In this document: piece after piece, positions 61,081 to 64,000 of the stretch
Layout: the number at the start of each line of letters is the position of its first letter
Position numbering within the stretch: the first letter of the stretch is position 1
NCBI GenBank assembly: GCA_973895155.1
Contig: OZ316891.1
Span: 17,420,095-17,484,094 of the forward strand
Direction of reading: 5' to 3'
Source of the DNA: Marsupella aquatica
Taxonomy: Eukaryota > Plantae > Marchantiophyta
Length of the DNA: 64,000 nt
Program-made: the position numbers and the translations under genes
Notes under the pieces: model-generated
The model's database searches: none
What the model saw: the letters and a program-made list of their open reading frames with translations, nothing else
What the model was told of the DNA's origin: nothing

Positions 61081-64000
61081 ATGGCGGCAGCGGCAGCAGC
61101 CTCACCAATGGACGTGGATCCCCCTGGCCCCGGTTCGCCGGCTGCAGCTCCACCAGCACCTCCAGCGCCCAAATTTTCTCTGAATGGTGTGTCTTTTTCT
61201 CCCAATTCGAACTGTCGATTGTCGCCCGTGCCTTGTTTTACAGACTGATATACTTCCCTTGCCCTGTTCTGTTTTAGACTTTGATTGGTTTGTTCCATTG
61301 TTTTGAATCTGGTTCTGGACTGGCCAGTTCGGATCGCCTGCATGAAATTTGGGCCGCTGGCTGGCCCAATTTTTTTAGTCATTCCATCCTTTCCACTTTC
61401 TGCTTTCGGGTTCTCGGTACGAATGCAGCTACAGACCGCTAGGAGATTGATTTCAGTCTTGTTGTGGTGTATGGTTGAAATGTGGGGGGAGCTTGCGTTG
61501 AGCAGTTCTGCAGCTGGTAAAAATCTCACAAGCACAACACGGACTTCGACACGGAGTGGATTACAAAAGATATAGGTCTGTTTCAGTCGAGTGCGCTTAC
61601 GTTTCCCGAGCAACCTTGTTGGTGAATCCGGTTTTCTGCATTGATTCTGAGCTCACTTCTCCTCCTACTGTTCCTAGTTTTCGTCGTGTTTTTTGCATAC
61701 AAATTCCTGTCTGAGGTTTAAGAGGACGCTCCTTTCCTCCGCAGCTGAATTCAGCATGCCCTAATGGATGTAGACTTCTGGACGCTCAATGGGTGGATGA
61801 ATTCTTTTGAAGGAATTGTGTTGTGTTTCTGAACTTTTGCAAGGTTGAACACTGTGCAGGAGGTACTGCACCGCTCGTCTCATGAGACTTTACAAGTCAC
61901 TTGGGTTTAAACATGGCCGTGGAAAATATACCAAAAAGCAGATTGTGGAGTCTACTGTCACCAATGTTAGGTCAGTTCTCTGGTCATTCGTACTTGACGG
62001 CGAGGCGCTTTCCTGTTATCGTATTTTATCCCTGTTGTGATGAAATTTACGCACCATAAAGACAGTTTGCACAGTATTGCCGATATCCTGGCAATTTTCT
62101 TTCTGCCAGCTCACAAATTTGCCTCTTGACAGAGATAATTATTTTCATACCGCACAATACGATAAATAATGTAACGCCTCCAATAACGTTAATCTCCCGA
62201 CAGGTATCTTCATATAGTGCTTTACTCAGCAGAGCGGGCCTGGAGCTATGCCATGGAGATCAAGGAGGGCGCTAATACACGTCAGCAGTCTCACTTGATT
62301 CGTAGACTGGGAAAGGCAGCAAAGTGGGCAGATCTCCTAAATCGACTCACTAACGAAAAGGCTGACTCGAGGACTGCTTTGGAGGCATTTGTATGTTTGC
62401 TTCACCAGATTGAGACACTACTTGACGAGTTGGTGAATGCACAGTGGCTACCGTAGTCCTTTTTGGTTTTGCAAGGTGTTTGAATATTTTGATGATGAGC
62501 TTCTATCTGACATCCTGTGACAGGCTTATGCTGAGCACATGCGAGGAAATTTTTTAATAGAACGGGAGAACGATTGGGAAACAGCTGTAAAGAAGCTGAA
62601 GAGTGCCAGGTTTGACTCAGGCTTCCTCTGTCTATGACTGTTAGTACTTTACTATATCATTTTTAGTATCCATCATTGTTTATCCAAGTCTGACAACGAG
62701 ATTATTTTATACTTGTAAATTACAGGGCAGTATATGATAACTTAGGGAAAATTGGAGATGTAGAAAACCAGATATTATGTCGGCAGCGGGTAGAAGAGCT
62801 GGATGCCCTCATCAAATACTGCACGTATAAACTGGACCGTTCAGCTGTGAGGGGCTCTGACATCTTGGATCTAAGTACTCAGGAAGGCCCAGCATACGAT
62901 CTACTGCAATCAAAATTGGAGGTTGATGTTCTGTAATTTACAAGTTCATGCATTAGAATCTGATTGAATTGCTTGTGGCCCTTATGGACCAGTTTTTTAT
63001 TCCTGGAGTACAGTTGAAAGACCAGTCACAGCCAGTAGTTGGAATACTTTCTTACAAGTTATGATTTTATGAGTCGCACTGACCTTCGGATTGATGCTGA
63101 ATGGACTTTTGGTTGTGTCATGCTCGAGTCTGATACGGTCATGTGGTTTCTGAAAAGGCTGTCATGGCAGAGGCAATAACACAACAAGCAGTATCAATGA
63201 CAGAGCTCGAGTGGCTTGGTTGCAAGTGGCCTATCAACAACGAGAAGACACGAGTTTGCATTTTAAAAGGTTGTTTTGAATTGTGATTTTAAGGGCTTCT
63301 GTTGTGTTGTCGAGGTCTACAGGTATTGGTAGATGCTTTCAATGAATCTCCTCTTGCTTCCGTTTCTTGACAAGGAAATTTCCTGTAGCATTGCAAACTT
63401 GTTTCCTAATGTCTGTCTCTTACCTCTCCTTCTGCCGTTGGTGGGATGCAATTTTGCTGAGCAGGGCAAGAGTTGGAGAAAGAGATAAGCAGGACTGACT
63501 TGAGCTCTTCAGAGAAAAAGCTCTCACTTTTTGACAAGGTCTTTGTAGCTTATCAGGATGCGAAGCGGCATGTACGGGAAGATTTGGTGAGACATGTTCA
63601 CTACTTATTGCTCTTCCTGGGTCTTTGGCATGAGTTATTATGCTGTACCAGTTGGCATATCTTCAATACCTTGATATTCTTGCTGGTGGAGGTTGTTAAT
63701 TGCTTCACTGCTGACTGTCTGTAAGTGCCACTCAGTGAGGTTGGTGTCGGACTTGTAGGTAGTAGCAGGAAGTGCAGAGGACGTACGGGAACAGTTGAAT
63801 GGGCTCGATAGAGCAATAAGCAGCATCTTGCTGCAACGGACAATAGAACGGAATCAGATACTCGTAATACTGGCCAAGAATCGTCTCGACCGCCAGCAAA
63901 AGGGACTGCGGGAGGAGAAGGGGGAGAAGCCTGCGAAGCCAGAGGACCTTGTCCGCCTGCACGACACACTCATTCAAGTGAGAACTTACCCTAGTCACTC
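61081..64000 (+). CDS. SRP68: Signal recognition particle subunit SRP68, 5' part (runs off the window)
   Basis: MDVD...PKFSLN|VLQLVKISQAQHGLRHGVDYKRYR|RYCTARLMRLYKSLGFKHGRGKY...|YLHIVLYSAERAWSYAMEIK...HLIRRLGKAAKWA...DSRTALEA...RTIERNQILV...KPAKPEDLVRLHDTLIQ, with in-phase GT-AG introns. Confidence 0.94.

Noticed and set aside
61011-61613. 200-aa minus-strand ORF
   Set aside because: It is antisense to SRP68 exons 1-2 and intron 1, and its GC-rich low-complexity sequence explains the lack of stops.

Overview
Eukaryotic nuclear DNA from a land plant. Short GT-AG introns, long leaders and diverged proteins suggest a non-seed plant such as a bryophyte (inference). There are five conserved multi-exon host genes: L-galactose dehydrogenase (-, 426-2707), peroxisomal full-size ABC transporter ABCD1/COMATOSE (+, 19535-30617), an EMB1417/At4g21190-like PPR protein (-, ~32398-34242), TRAPPIII subunit TRS85/TRAPPC8 (+, 45995-57409) and SRP68 (+, 61081 to beyond the window end). 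The most notable object is a complete 10,021-bp Mutator-like DNA transposon (5828-15848), with ~320/370-bp TIRs, unusual ATTAA...TTAAT termini and a perfect 9-bp TSD (CTCACTTCT). It encodes a DDE/SWIM transposase resembling the domesticated At4g13970/At1g60560 family. Convergently it carries cargo: an RPA70 C-terminal-like Zn/OB-fold ORF and a second intron-containing gene with a C2H2-like motif. All element genes are disrupted in this copy. Intergenic regions hold three related solo LTRs with TSDs, a triplicated decayed repeat, a SINE-like fragment and several tandem duplications. All protein identifications are by eye from remembered family motifs; no searches were run.
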